NCBI RefSeq assembly: GCF_001194135.2
Contig: NC_068984.1
Span: forward strand, 53,533,144 to 53,567,994
Direction: 5' to 3'
DNA length: 34,851 nt
Source of the DNA: Octopus bimaculoides
Lineage: Eukaryota
Positions 20,618 to 33,032 of this stretch are shown here, piece by piece. The notes below the pieces were generated by a model. It did not search any database. It saw only the letters and a list, made by a program, of their open reading frames with translations, and was not told the origin of the DNA. The translations under genes and the position numbers were made by a program. The number at the start of each line of letters is the position of its first letter. The first letter of the stretch is position 1.

Positions 20618-22885
20618 TGAAAGGAAATAATTTTATTTTCTCATCTCAAAAACACTTAGGTTTGACTCAAGCTAAAAATGTAGCTATACTGTGTTTATAA
20701 TGAGGATGGTTCGTAGAGAGGCAATAAGGATAACCAAAGAATCGACTTTGGGCGATTCTGTATATTCAGTGTACGAGCCAAACAGTTAAAAACTACCCAC
20801 AAAGACAAAGAGAAGACAAACAAATCACTAAATAACAGTAATGTATATAGACGTAAGAGCCAACTTTTTCGAGAAAGGACTGCAGCAGAAACCAAGTTTT
20901 TATCTAAAATATTTTCAAACACTCTGAAAACTCAAAAGATCATCGAGCAATTTGACTAAACTTCTTAGTATTATAATTAAATTAAAATTACAATACTAAT
21001 AAACAACAACAGAAATATTGCAAAATTTTTGATCGTGAAACTAAAATATTTGATAACGTTTGTTAATCCTCACACAACATTGTTATATCAAAGCTAAGAA
21101 CAGAAGAGATCTTCCTAAAGCTGAATATGTTGATACTCTTCGCCACATCTTAATGTAGAACTGCTTTTACATTCCCCTAATTCAATACAAGTCAAGATCA
21201 AATGATTCACTGATTTCATACTGTTGCGTTGATAACTCCACAATCTTCTGAGGATGTTAAAAGAACGCTCAAAACAACATAACACGGCAGGAATCACGGA
21301 TAATATTTAAAACTGTGGTTCTAAAGACAACAGATTTCAGAAACCTGGTTTCTCTGCCCGAGAAACTGGCCACAGTTAATCATCGTTTTTCTTCAATACA
21401 TCAGAAGAACCAAGTCTTTTGAAGTATTGAATGGCCGTACACAGTTGCACTACGTAGAACTGCATCTGTACACGGCCATTTGGGGGCGAATTCTCCTTTA
21501 GTGCCAAAGGAATAAGTGGTTCCATTTTGTGTAAATATTGCCATAATTAGTTTATTCAGTTTAGCGCTAAATTAGATAATATTATCTATAAATTTATTTT
21601 TGCTGTTGAGTAAATTAATTTTTGCAATATATTTTTCCTTATCCATAATTATGAATGAACTAATTATGTCAGATTTATACATTTTAATGTTTTTTTAAAC
21701 CACGCAGAACTTTTTAAGTTTCATGTTGAGTATTTGCTAATTGTTGTTTGGCTGTCTACTTTTATTATTCTCATCTCGAAATAATTCTTCAAGATCACGA
21801 TCTTTGTTTATAATGTTTTTATCTCTAAGACTAGCACAGTTTGAGTTCAACTTCTTTTTTCCTGTTTTGGTTGCATGTGTAAGTTGGCATTGACATTAAG
21901 AAGCATAATTTGATCTGATCTAAATGTATGTTGTGAGAGTTTGTGGCACTTATTTTCCTGTGTGGATGGGTTGAGCGTTTTTCTGCTATAGAGTTTTCTT
22001 AGTGTATATATAATATTGTATCTAATTCGGCGTGAAAAATAGATGACCCTATATTATCAAGAACTGGGTAATATTGTTTCGCATATGTTTCTTACTTTCT
22101 GATTTATTGATCTTCTTTTCTTTTTGCCTTAACAAAAGGATTTCCGCTTGTATGGTTTCTATATCCTGAATTTCTGTGTTTGTCGTTCAATCAGTTTCTT
22201 CCGGAATTTTGTCATACATTTTTCTTTTTTGTTGTTGTTGTTTTATAGTGCTGATTCATGTTTATTAGCAAGCATGAAAAACAGTTTTTTGTTTTTAACC
22301 GCTTCGTGTATCGAATACACAAATTGTTATCCAATTGTATTGTTATTCTATATATTTTCGTATTTACCAAGAATTTTTCATATTTTCATATTTCGCATTA
22401 CAACCGAAATATGAGCAAAATCCAGAAAAAAGAATTGTAATCAAATTACACTAGCAAGCCTTAGAAATTCTGGTGTACCATAATGTATCTAAGTAGAACG
22501 ACAAGAGCTGTTCGCTACAGCCCAAACTACATTCTCAATATTCTCCGGTGGTGGAGGACAGTTTGCACTCATATCGGATTTTTCTGAACGCTGAACCGGT
22601 CAAGCTGATGTTTTTTTTTTATATTCATAACAATATCGAATTCTGACAAAACACTTCTCAATACAAATGAAAAATACATTGTGTTTGAGTAACTTAGTCA
22701 AAACTTAAAACGAAATAAAGGAAAAAGTCTAGATCTCATAAAGATAATGTCTCGAGTTCCACTGCTTCACAACCATTATATGCTGCTCAGTGACACTGAC
22801 TACATGGCCTCTCAATCCCGTCACTCAAATTTGTGTCATTAAAAGAAAAAAGCATCTGGTTTTCCTGCCAGTCTCTATATATAGG

Positions 22886-23045
<160 letters not shown>

Positions 23046-23668
23046 TACATGCATGTACCAATGAAAAGATAAACGCGTATATAATGTTTGAATATGCAGA
23101 TCTTGTTGACGCTATTCGAGTAATGATAACCAATATTCCTTATTTGTTATTGTCTGAACAAAATAATCATATTATAAACAAGTTAAAAAAAGAACCTGAG
23201 TCTGTCAGCAAATCACACTGATGTCAACAGTAGCCAGTTAAAATAAATGATTATATTAAAGAACTACCATGTGGTCAGTTTTTTTTATATACAGTGGAGC
23301 GCGTATGCTATATGTAAATTAAAATTCCTAAACAGGTTTGGCAGATGTATGCTTTAGGTTTCTGTGCTCGGTATATTTTGTGTATCTAATACACTGGAGG
23401 CGAAACGCACCATTTAAAGAATAGAATAAGTCGGTCTGATTCTATTCGATTTTTTTCCAGAGATTTATCCGATTAACTCGGTTTTACTACATCCTGCTAT
23501 ATCAGAGAAAAGTATTATGAGGAAAAATATTTCTGACGGCAGTACTGCATCTTGTTTAACCGAACCAGTCCAGCTGCTGAAGTTTTATCCATAGTGCTAC
23601 TCACCATGTTTTAAATAAAGAAATGATTAATATGCGTATATTAAACGTATATACGTACATACACGCGT

Positions 23669-23715
<47 letters not shown>

Positions 23716-25708
23716 TGCATGCAAACATATACTTGTTAACATGTACGTACATACATACATTCTACGTACAGAAATTATCTATTTCTGTGTATATAAATTC
23801 TGTAACTTAAAGCCGGTGATCCGTTCGCAATGATCAAACAAACGTCCACTCAAGTATACCCACAGAAATAACAGCCTAGATTAAGTGAACTCAACAGAAT
23901 TTCCACTTGAATAACGAATTACACTGCTGGTAATTCTTCAGAATTAAAGTCAAGTACTATGTAGTTTTCGAGATGATAACTATTTAATCGATAGCGTATG
24001 TTGGTTTTGAGAGATTCTTTTCCAAATCAATCTGATGCTCACGCACTACACTTCACTGCCATCTTAGTGTCACACATATTGGCATCCGACACAGAATAAC
24101 GACCACCATTGAGTAAGTAGAATCTAGGTTTTGAGAAAAGGTCGATAATATAATTATAGTTTTTTTTACAGAGTACAAAACCTTCCTACTTTGTTTTTCT
24201 TTCTGACTCAAGATAATTGGTTTTTACAATTCTGATAATTGGTTTTACAACAGATTTGAATAATTTTGAATAATTCATAAGTGATTTATTATCGATGGCA
24301 AAACTTGTGCCAAGTAGCTGAGTTTTTTAGCTGTTGATATTTCTATTTCATTGAAAAGAAGGATTGGAACTCCTTGAAATATTAAATAAATATAATATGT
24401 CGGACATATTTAGCGTCACTAAGTAAGAACTTTTCAATTAAATCCTAAAATATATCGAAAAAAAAAAAACGAAGAAAATCTGTTTTCATATACGAGGTTA
24501 ATTGATTACACTACCCAGTGCTATTGGTTTTTGTGTGACTTTATACCGTTAAAAACAAGTATGATGACGAGAATCCATTAGAAAAAGTTAATGTTACACA
24601 TTACTTTGAACGAGCAGCTTTCCAATGCTCTCTAATATAGTTAGATTGCTAAACTATATATTCTGAATATTCAAGAATAGAAGAATGTTCAGTTACAATT
24701 GTACATGGTAAATTAGGCTTCAAGAGCAGCCTATGTTTAGAAGGTAGTATTCTGGTAATGTAATTTGATGTTCTTTTTGGAAAGCAGTTTTTCTACATCT
24801 TTCATTATATCAGAGAAACATGACTTGGCCAAGCAGTAAAACGGCTGACTGACAGAAAGTTTTTACAATATCTGTTTCTTTTTTTGTATCTGTCATTTTT
24901 CTAAATTCTTATTCTGACGGGATCAGCCTTACATCGCATGGCTTCTTTTGTATCGATAAATTAAGTACCAATAATAAACAGGCTGCACTAAAATCGATTA
25001 TACGCCCGTGTTTTTAATATTAGTATTGTGCCTAATCAATGATAATCAATATTTGAACGTGAACATTGTACTACCATTTCTCAGCTGAATTTTATATGAT
25101 GCAAACATTTTTGTGAATATTTTCTTTTTTAACATCTCTGGTTGAGTCGGTGCAGGTCTCATGCTCGTAATATGGTACAAGTGAAACCGAAAATGATATC
25201 TTTGGCAGTGCGACGGATATTTTAACATACTAATCATATCTTAAAATCTATGGGTAATCGTAGTTTTATATTCTGGCACAAGTGAGATAATCGAAGTTTC
25301 ATAGAAACATTTAATAGGTGACAATATTTAGAAATTTTAGCATTTTAAAAACTACTAATTTTGTTAATAGAGTTCTGAAAATTGTGGGAAAAACTGAATA
25401 TATANNNNNNNNNNNNNNNNNNNNNNNNNNNNNNNNNNNNNNNNNNNNNNNNNNNNNNNNNNNNNNNNNNNNNNNNNNNNNNNNNNNNNNNNNNNNNNNN
25501 NNNNNNNNNNNNNNNNNNNNNNNNNNNNNNNNNNNNNNNNNNNNNNNNNNNNNNNNNNNNNNNNNNNNNNNNNNNNNNNNNNNNNNNNNNNNNNNNNNNN
25601 NNNNNNNNNNNNNNNNNNNNNNNNNNNNNNNNNNNNNNTATATATATATATATATTATATTATATTATATTATATATATATATATATGTCTCTATATGTT
25701 TATAATGA

Positions 25709-25761
<53 letters not shown>

Positions 25762-26395
25762 TATATATATACATACATACATATATTCATGCGAAACTTG
25801 TGATGCACTCCTCTGCCATCCAGTTACCCTCTGTTTTGAACCACGTTGTATCATCAAGAAAATTAATTGTAGGTTCAGTTAGTAAACTATAAAGGATAGC
25901 AACACATATAATAATGCGTACCAGAAAAAAAAGGAACATTTATACTTATAAACATTTTACCCATGTCAATGGAATTCTATCAAATTTGGTGTTAGATGAA
26001 CATAGGGGGCGATGGGGTAGCGCTCCCAATTGTCTGTACCGTCTAAAATGAGCTGAATTCAGGAATGATAGAACCAGAACCTTCAAAGGCTTCGGTCATA
26101 TAATCACAGTATCCAAAACAAGTTAATATTATAGATGTAGCATTAAATTTAGAGAAACAACATGAAATACGTAAACAAATGAGTTAAATACCCAAATGAA
26201 TTAAATACGCAAATTTCATGTTTCGTCAACGACAATATGAGTCTTCGAAGAAAATTGCTCCTGTACCAACAACTAATGAGGGGTCATTCTTTGTATTACT
26301 TGTCCTTTTTTCTCTCTCGCTATTTGCGTATTTAACTCATTTGTTTTCGTATTTCATGTTGTTTACTATTGGTGACGTTCTGTACTTATATATGC

Positions 26396-26447
<52 letters not shown>

Positions 26448-26499
26448 CGAAAAAGGTTAAGAAAAGCTTACTTGGAAATGGATGCATGGTGAAGACGCC

Positions 26500-26631
26500 T
26501 CGTTTAAAGGCATCACTTCGCAAGAGTTCCAGGACTGCTTCGAATAGTGGAAAACGCGTCTGGACCGATGCATTGCTTCAAACGGAGAATACTTTGAAAG
26601 CGGTAAAAATGTTTACATGTAAAACTAAGTG
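26500..26631 (+). pseudogene. Mariner-family transposase, C-terminal fragment
   Basis: SFKGITSQEFQDCFE*WKTRLDRCIASNGEYFE matches the mariner C-terminal consensus L..I....F...F..W..R..KCI...GEYFE. It has one in-frame stop (26545-26547) and is followed by the gap at 26632-27623. Confidence 0.8.
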
Positions 26632-27623
26632 NNNNNNNNNNNNNNNNNNNNNNNNNNNNNNNNNNNNNNNNNNNNNNNNNNNNNNNNNNNNNNNNNNNNN
26701 NNNNNNNNNNNNNNNNNNNNNNNNNNNNNNNNNNNNNNNNNNNNNNNNNNNNNNNNNNNNNNNNNNNNNNNNNNNNNNNNNNNNNNNNNNNNNNNNNNNN
26801 NNNNNNNNNNNNNNNNNNNNNNNNNNNNNNNNNNNNNNNNNNNNNNNNNNNNNNNNNNNNNNNNNNNNNNNNNNNNNNNNNNNNNNNNNNNNNNNNNNNN
26901 NNNNNNNNNNNNNNNNNNNNNNNNNNNNNNNNNNNNNNNNNNNNNNNNNNNNNNNNNNNNNNNNNNNNNNNNNNNNNNNNNNNNNNNNNNNNNNNNNNNN
27001 NNNNNNNNNNNNNNNNNNNNNNNNNNNNNNNNNNNNNNNNNNNNNNNNNNNNNNNNNNNNNNNNNNNNNNNNNNNNNNNNNNNNNNNNNNNNNNNNNNNN
27101 NNNNNNNNNNNNNNNNNNNNNNNNNNNNNNNNNNNNNNNNNNNNNNNNNNNNNNNNNNNNNNNNNNNNNNNNNNNNNNNNNNNNNNNNNNNNNNNNNNNN
27201 NNNNNNNNNNNNNNNNNNNNNNNNNNNNNNNNNNNNNNNNNNNNNNNNNNNNNNNNNNNNNNNNNNNNNNNNNNNNNNNNNNNNNNNNNNNNNNNNNNNN
27301 NNNNNNNNNNNNNNNNNNNNNNNNNNNNNNNNNNNNNNNNNNNNNNNNNNNNNNNNNNNNNNNNNNNNNNNNNNNNNNNNNNNNNNNNNNNNNNNNNNNN
27401 NNNNNNNNNNNNNNNNNNNNNNNNNNNNNNNNNNNNNNNNNNNNNNNNNNNNNNNNNNNNNNNNNNNNNNNNNNNNNNNNNNNNNNNNNNNNNNNNNNNN
27501 NNNNNNNNNNNNNNNNNNNNNNNNNNNNNNNNNNNNNNNNNNNNNNNNNNNNNNNNNNNNNNNNNNNNNNNNNNNNNNNNNNNNNNNNNNNNNNNNNNNN
27601 NNNNNNNNNNNNNNNNNNNNNNN

Positions 27624-27680
<57 letters not shown>

Positions 27681-27811
27681 TCACATACATGTATGCATTC
27701 ATATATGGAAGGAAGATCTTATGCAAGTGCTCAGGTATATTAACTGCTCGCTCTCCAAGTTAATCTACATGCAGAAGAGAGAGAGTCTATGGCGACTGAA
27801 AGTCCTGTGCA

Positions 27812-27845
<34 letters not shown>

Positions 27846-28054
27846 CTAATAGATTCATTCAAGAATATATCAATCTTTGAACAATACTGGAATCAATGGA
27901 AAAATGCAAACAATATATTTTTTATTGATGGCCGAAAATTGCTGTTATATGCGGAGCAAAGAGTCTAAAATGGTTTTTAGATTAGCGATGGTCAGGACAT
28001 CTTGAAAAACTAAGACTACTTTGTCTGAATATAATGGAATAATTGTTTCCTTAA

Positions 28055-28273
28055 CCCCTTTGATATCATATTTATGTTGAACTACATTGCCTTTGTTCCA
28101 GTCAATTTTGAAATTAATAATAAATTTATTAAAATAAATTTGTCATTATTAAAGCTGGTGTTTGGAACATAGATTAACATGAAATTTGGTGGAAGGTTTT
28201 AATTTACATCACTTTAAAATAGGAAGTTTGTATTAGAAACAAGGCCAGTTTCAGCAGGTTGTTATCAAAAAGG
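28055..28273. mobile_element. piggyBac-type MITE with TTAA target-site duplication
   Basis: TTAA (28051-28054) CCCCTTTGATATCA ... GTTATCAAAAAGG TTAA (28274-28277): imperfect short terminal inverted repeats beginning CC, with TTAA on both sides; 219 bp and non-coding. Confidence 0.8.
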
Positions 28274-28606
28274 TTAAGGAGTGCCAGTAACAAAAGAACA
28301 ATGGATATGTACTGCTGTTGCAGTACATTATCCATTTTGCGAATGGTATGGGTATGAGGAGAATGGATTGGAACAATCATACAAGCTAAAAATTATTTAT
28401 TCACGTTGTCTTGCATCAAGTTCACATTTGATGCAGATTTTTTTAAAAACAATTCTTGGAATTTTTTCACACTACGAGATAATATCACAATTAAGAATAT
28501 CAGAATATCTGGAATTATTGGGGCCACAGAACTGATTTTAGCTGTTCGCACAAAAATAATGATAAAAAAATCAAAACGATAGAAATCATTAAAAAAGTGA
28601 AAGCGT

Positions 28607-28722
28607 ACACACACACACTGATTACAAAAACGAGCAAAACTGGACGTTCTCATATTACCATGAAGTTTCCGTAAATTTTGATCCTTTCACCCGCACGATT
28701 TTCACTAAGAAAAAAAAAAAAG
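28607..28722. repeat. Exact ~115-bp direct duplicate of about 28927-29042, ending at the 10-N gap
   Basis: ACACACACTGATTACAAAAACGAGC...CACTAAGAAAAAAAAAAAAG appears identical in both places; possibly an assembly artefact. Confidence 0.85.
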
Positions 28723-28994
28723 NNNNNNNNNNCACATGTAGATAGGATTATAATCCAAGTTGTATCTTTAATTGATTTTCTGTCTGAAGAATTACTGCTA
28801 GGAGATATCTTACAAGTTTTTCCTACTTGTACAATTTTGTAACTCCTACTAGCAAGTGGCACACGTGTATTGATGAATAAATAATACCAAAAAAGTCTTT
28901 CCAGTGTTCTGTCTAGACACACACATACACACACACACTGATTACAAAAACGAGCAAAACTGGACGTTCTCATATTACCATGAAGTTTCCGTAA

Positions 28995-30355
28995 ATTTTG
29001 ATCCTTTCACCCGCACGATTTTCACTAAGAAAAAAAAAAAAGAACTCGGATTTTTTGCGCGAAATCAAGTACCCTGACCTCCTAATATGCTGCAAACCTA
29101 TTTTTATTCGGAAAGACCGGACCCCACCATATCCCGGAATCAGTGGAAATTTTTTTTCGTTGAATGAATTCCGGTGACCTCCTGATATGCTACAAGACCC
29201 TTTTTTCCCCCCTCATTGCAGCCTCCTGGCTTGCCAGTACTCAGTATAACCGTCCAACCCAAGCCAACATGGAAAGCAGACGTTAAACGATGATGATGAA
29301 GTATAATGATATATATATGATTATGATAGGTTGTTACCCATTCAATGTTTAGGCAAACTTCGTCTCCCACTCACTCTCTCTTTCTCTCACTCACAAACTC
29401 TCTCTCCTTCTCTCTCTCCCCACACAAAAATGAAACACATTTTGGCGCCAAGAATTGCAAAGGAAAAATCTATTTGGGATTATTATATATATTATATCCA
29501 ATGATTTTAAGAGGTATGAAAAAGATATTTTTGTTTTAATATTATACTTTTACTTGTTTCATACACATATACAAACTAACGTGCTTTTTTAGATTAACTA
29601 TTTATCATCTGTTATCTCTCCACTGACTTCGGTACCACTCTAACTTCTATAACCTCTGCGTTTTCACTTATTCATTTCAAACTTCTTTGAATTTTCAATC
29701 TAATGTAATCCACACTCTCTCGAAAACGTATTTCTGCAAAATGTTATCTAAAATTATGAGTAAAGAAAGAAATAACAAATGTTTGAAAATAGGTGTAGGG
29801 GTGAAATTTCCGAGGGTTCCACCCCACACCACCCCGTTTTCCGGAGCCCTCAGAAGGGTTTTGTAGCATATTAGGAAGTCACCAGAATTCAGACAACAAA
29901 AAAAGAAAAGAAATTCCAATGATTCTGGAATATGAGGGCAGGGGGCGCCCCCACCATTTTTTCCGAACAAAAATAAGGGGTTTGCAGCATATTAGGAGGT
30001 CAGGGTGCTTGATTCCATGCAAAAAAAACCGAGTTTTTTTTCTTAGTGAAAATCGTGCGGGTGAAAAGATCAATGGGGGTGGGGGTGAAATGTCCGAGGT
30101 TCTCACTTCACCCCACTCCGTTTTCCGGACCCCCAAAAAAGGTTTTGTAGCATATTAGGAGGTCATCGGAATTCATTCAAACAGAAAAAAAATTCCAATA
30201 ATTCCGGGATAGGTGGGGTCCCGGCTCCTCCGTTTTTTTTTTTCGAACAAAAATGAGTTTGTAGCATATAAGGAGGTCAAGGTACTTGATTCCACGCAAA
30301 AAATCCGAGTTTTTTTTTTCACTTAGTGAAAATCGTGCGGGTGAAAGAATAAAAT
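28995..30355. mobile_element. Foldback-like element: long modular inverted repeats with a tandemly duplicated right arm
   Basis: The left arm (about 28995-29206) is the reverse complement of two ~280-bp tandem units at 29791-30072 and 30073-30346. All end in CTTAGTGAAAATCGTGCGGGTGAAA. There are six copies of the motif GACCTCCTAATATGCT(A/G)CAA. Confidence 0.7.
29213..29299 (+). mobile_element. 3' end of a retroposon with a (GAT)n tail
   Basis: CCGTCCAACCCAAGCCAACATGGAAAGCAGACGTTAAACGATGATGATG. A related motif, CCAATCCATGCCAGCATGGAA, lies at about 2701-2721. The family is recognised from memory only. Confidence 0.55.
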
Positions 30356-31317
30356 AATACTGAAGTTTCTATTTAAATCAGTTTTTCCAAATATGTCGTT
30401 TCATTTTTCTTTCATTTATGTCTCCATTTTACAGTTAACTTTTGCGACTGCATGAACACGTTGCTGGAATAGCCTCGTTTCTTGCGTTACATCTGTCTGT
30501 GAGAACTGGCTCAATTCTTGAGATTTAGCATTAACTATTCAGTCAATTTTGATAGTTCATAAGAATGTCAAAGGAAAATTTCTAATATTACTAAAAAGGA
30601 AAATAGCTATTAGATTTAGTTGAAATATGAACAGAGGATATAAGATATAAGGTTTTCAAAAAGAGAATTAAACACAATGATGTACAATAAAATAAAATAA
30701 AACCATTGATTTTATACAAATGCTAGTTATATTTGTGTAAACTTACCTGAATTTGCATTTAGATACATTCCTGACCTAAACCTACTGTACATCTTTTATT
30801 GCTTCTGAAGTGAGGTTTGCATTTCTATAACAGCATCCATTTCATGTTATAATCTGCGCCTTTCTTTCAACCATCATATGTAATTGGCTAGAGTTGTAAT
30901 GTTTCCTTGCTGAATGTTCGTGGAGGACGCGGTGAGGTTGAATGGCATTTCTTGATAGAACCCTTTGTCAGTCCCATACAATACTTTATGCTAGATGTGT
31001 TACAGTCAGTTTCCTATTGCACCAAGCTATGAGTCAAGCTTTCTCAGAACATATGGAACTAAGGTATCGTTTCACAGGATTACGAAGATGCTTTGATAGT
31101 ACATAAATTCACATAGATGGATATTCCGTTTAACATCATAACTACTAGTAATCTGCAAACTGGCATTGAGTTAATATTACTCTATTTCTATCTGTGTCCC
31201 AAACTCTCTCTGATTTCTTATTTATCTGTCTCTCTATCTGTCTGTATGTATGCATGCATGTATGCATCCATGTATGCATGGACGGATGGATGAATACATG
31301 CTTGTATGTATGTATGC

Positions 31318-31392
<75 letters not shown>

Positions 31393-31470
31393 NNNNNNNN
31401 NNNNNNNNNNNNNNNNNNNNNNNNNNNNNNNNNNNNNNNNNNNNNNNNNNNNNNNNNNNNNNNNNNNNNN

Positions 31471-31560
31471 ACTTGATGCGTGGTACACAGTGCACCTGTT
31501 TAGAAAATGTCGATTTGATAGAGAGGGAAAGCTAAAGAGCGGTACGAGCACGAGCATACG
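31471..31560 (+). mobile_element. SINE family C variant, 3' part
   Basis: TGATGCGTGGTACACAGTGCACCTGTTTAGAAAATGTCGATTTGATAG resembles the reverse complement of 4948-5000 (TGATGTATTGCATACCGTGCATC...GCTGATTTGATAGG). Confidence 0.55.
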
Positions 31561-31564
31561 CATG

Positions 31565-31570
<6 letters not shown>

Positions 31571-31644
<74 letters not shown>
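31571..31644. repeat. (TAA)n microsatellite; (CA)n lies upstream at 31320-31392
   Basis: Seen directly. Confidence 0.97.
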
Positions 31645-31645
<1 letters not shown>

Positions 31646-31803
31646 TTAGCGACAAAATCCCAAATTACAGATAAAAACTCAATTAAAATCAATTTATAAA
31701 AAATTAAAATTAAATTGAGCTTTACAGAGTAAAATATATATAGATATATATGTGACAGTGAATTTTCATCGATGAGTTCATGAACCTTGGTTCTTTTCCC
31801 TAA

Positions 31804-31846
<43 letters not shown>

Positions 31847-32118
31847 TTTTTTGTCCGGGGAAAAAGGAAAAGTAAAAGAATACCCATATATAGAGTTGCA
31901 TATTTATTAGGAAACAGATGATGGTTTATCACTCAGAGTTTCACGCTATGCGAGCAATTTCGGGCGACGTCGAATTACATTTGTGCTTTTAGTTTGACGA
32001 TGCCTTAGAGATGTATTTTCATGATGTTTTGTTTGTAAAATGACTTTACTTGAGTCTGTTGTGAAAGAATCATTTTAGCTTGTTAAGAATACATAAAAAG
32101 TTTTACATTCAATTAGCC

Positions 32119-32253
32119 GCAGATATGGCTGTATAAGAAATTTGCTTTCCAACTACATTGTTTTGGGCTCAGTCCCACTGCGTGAGACCTTGGGCAAATA
32201 TCTCATACTATACACCTGGGCCAACTACAGCCTGGTGAGTGGATATTTGGTAG
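32119..32253 (+). mobile_element. SINE family B (tRNA-like head)
   Basis: GCAGATATGGCTGT...TTGCTTTCCAACTACA...GGCTCAGTCCCACTGCGTGAGACCTTGGGCAA...GTGAGTGGAT..TTGGTAG is homologous to the inverted copy at 32879-33032. Confidence 0.8.
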
Positions 32254-32771
32254 CATAAATAATGGGCTTTATAAATTAATTCACTTGTGCATTGTAGACT
32301 TACAGTTATTCCTAATATACATTTTGGATGCGTTCATGGTTCCGTTTACTCAGTCGCTCGCTGGATCGATTGCAAGAAAGTTAACGTCTGTTATAAACGC
32401 TATCATCTTCGGAAGCAGCGTATCATAAGCCAAAGTAAATAAAATCAAAAGTGATAAAGATTTGTTCCTTCCATATCTTTATTACTTTTGTTTTCGTCTC
32501 ATGACATCACGTGCCAAAGTAAGCACGTGTTTTATGAGCTGCTCTGTATCGTTGCTGTTATTGTTGTTTAGATTCAGATCAGCTCTGAAGCAGTATATTT
32601 ACTAATGCTTACGACGCACTATCTTAAACGGTTGATTCTATGGTCTGTTTATATTCTTTTATTCTTTTACTTATTCCAGTCATCTGACTGCGGGCATGCT
32701 GGAGCACCACCTTCAGTCGAACAAATTGACCCCAAGACTTATTCTTTGTAAGCCTGTACTTATTCTATTCT

Positions 32772-32877
<106 letters not shown>

Positions 32878-32878
32878 T

Positions 32879-33032
32879 CGACAGGCTTCTTTCAGTTCCA
32901 GTTTACCAAATCCACTCACAAGACTTTGGTCGGCCCGAGGCTGTAGTAGGAGACACTTGCCCAAGGGGACTGAACCCAGAATCATGTGGTTGGGAAGCAA
33001 GCTTCTCACCATACAGCTACTCCTGCACCTAT
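32879..33032 (-). mobile_element. SINE family B with an internal ~12-bp deletion
   Basis: The minus strand reads GCAGGAGTAGCTGTATGGTGAGAAGCTTGCTTCCCAACCACATGATTCTGGGTTCAGTCC-CCTTGGGCAAGTGTCT...GAAAGAAGCCTGTCG and then (TA)n. It lacks the CACTGCGTGAGA segment present in the copy at 32119. Confidence 0.85.

Noticed and set aside
24212-24250. Short direct duplication GATAATTGGTTTT(T)ACAA
   Set aside because: Ordinary slippage duplication with no further structure.
29076-30278. CRISPR-like array (conserved 20-mers with variable spacers)
   Set aside because: The context is eukaryotic, spacers are homologous between units, orientation is mixed and there are no cas genes; transposon subterminal repeats explain it better.
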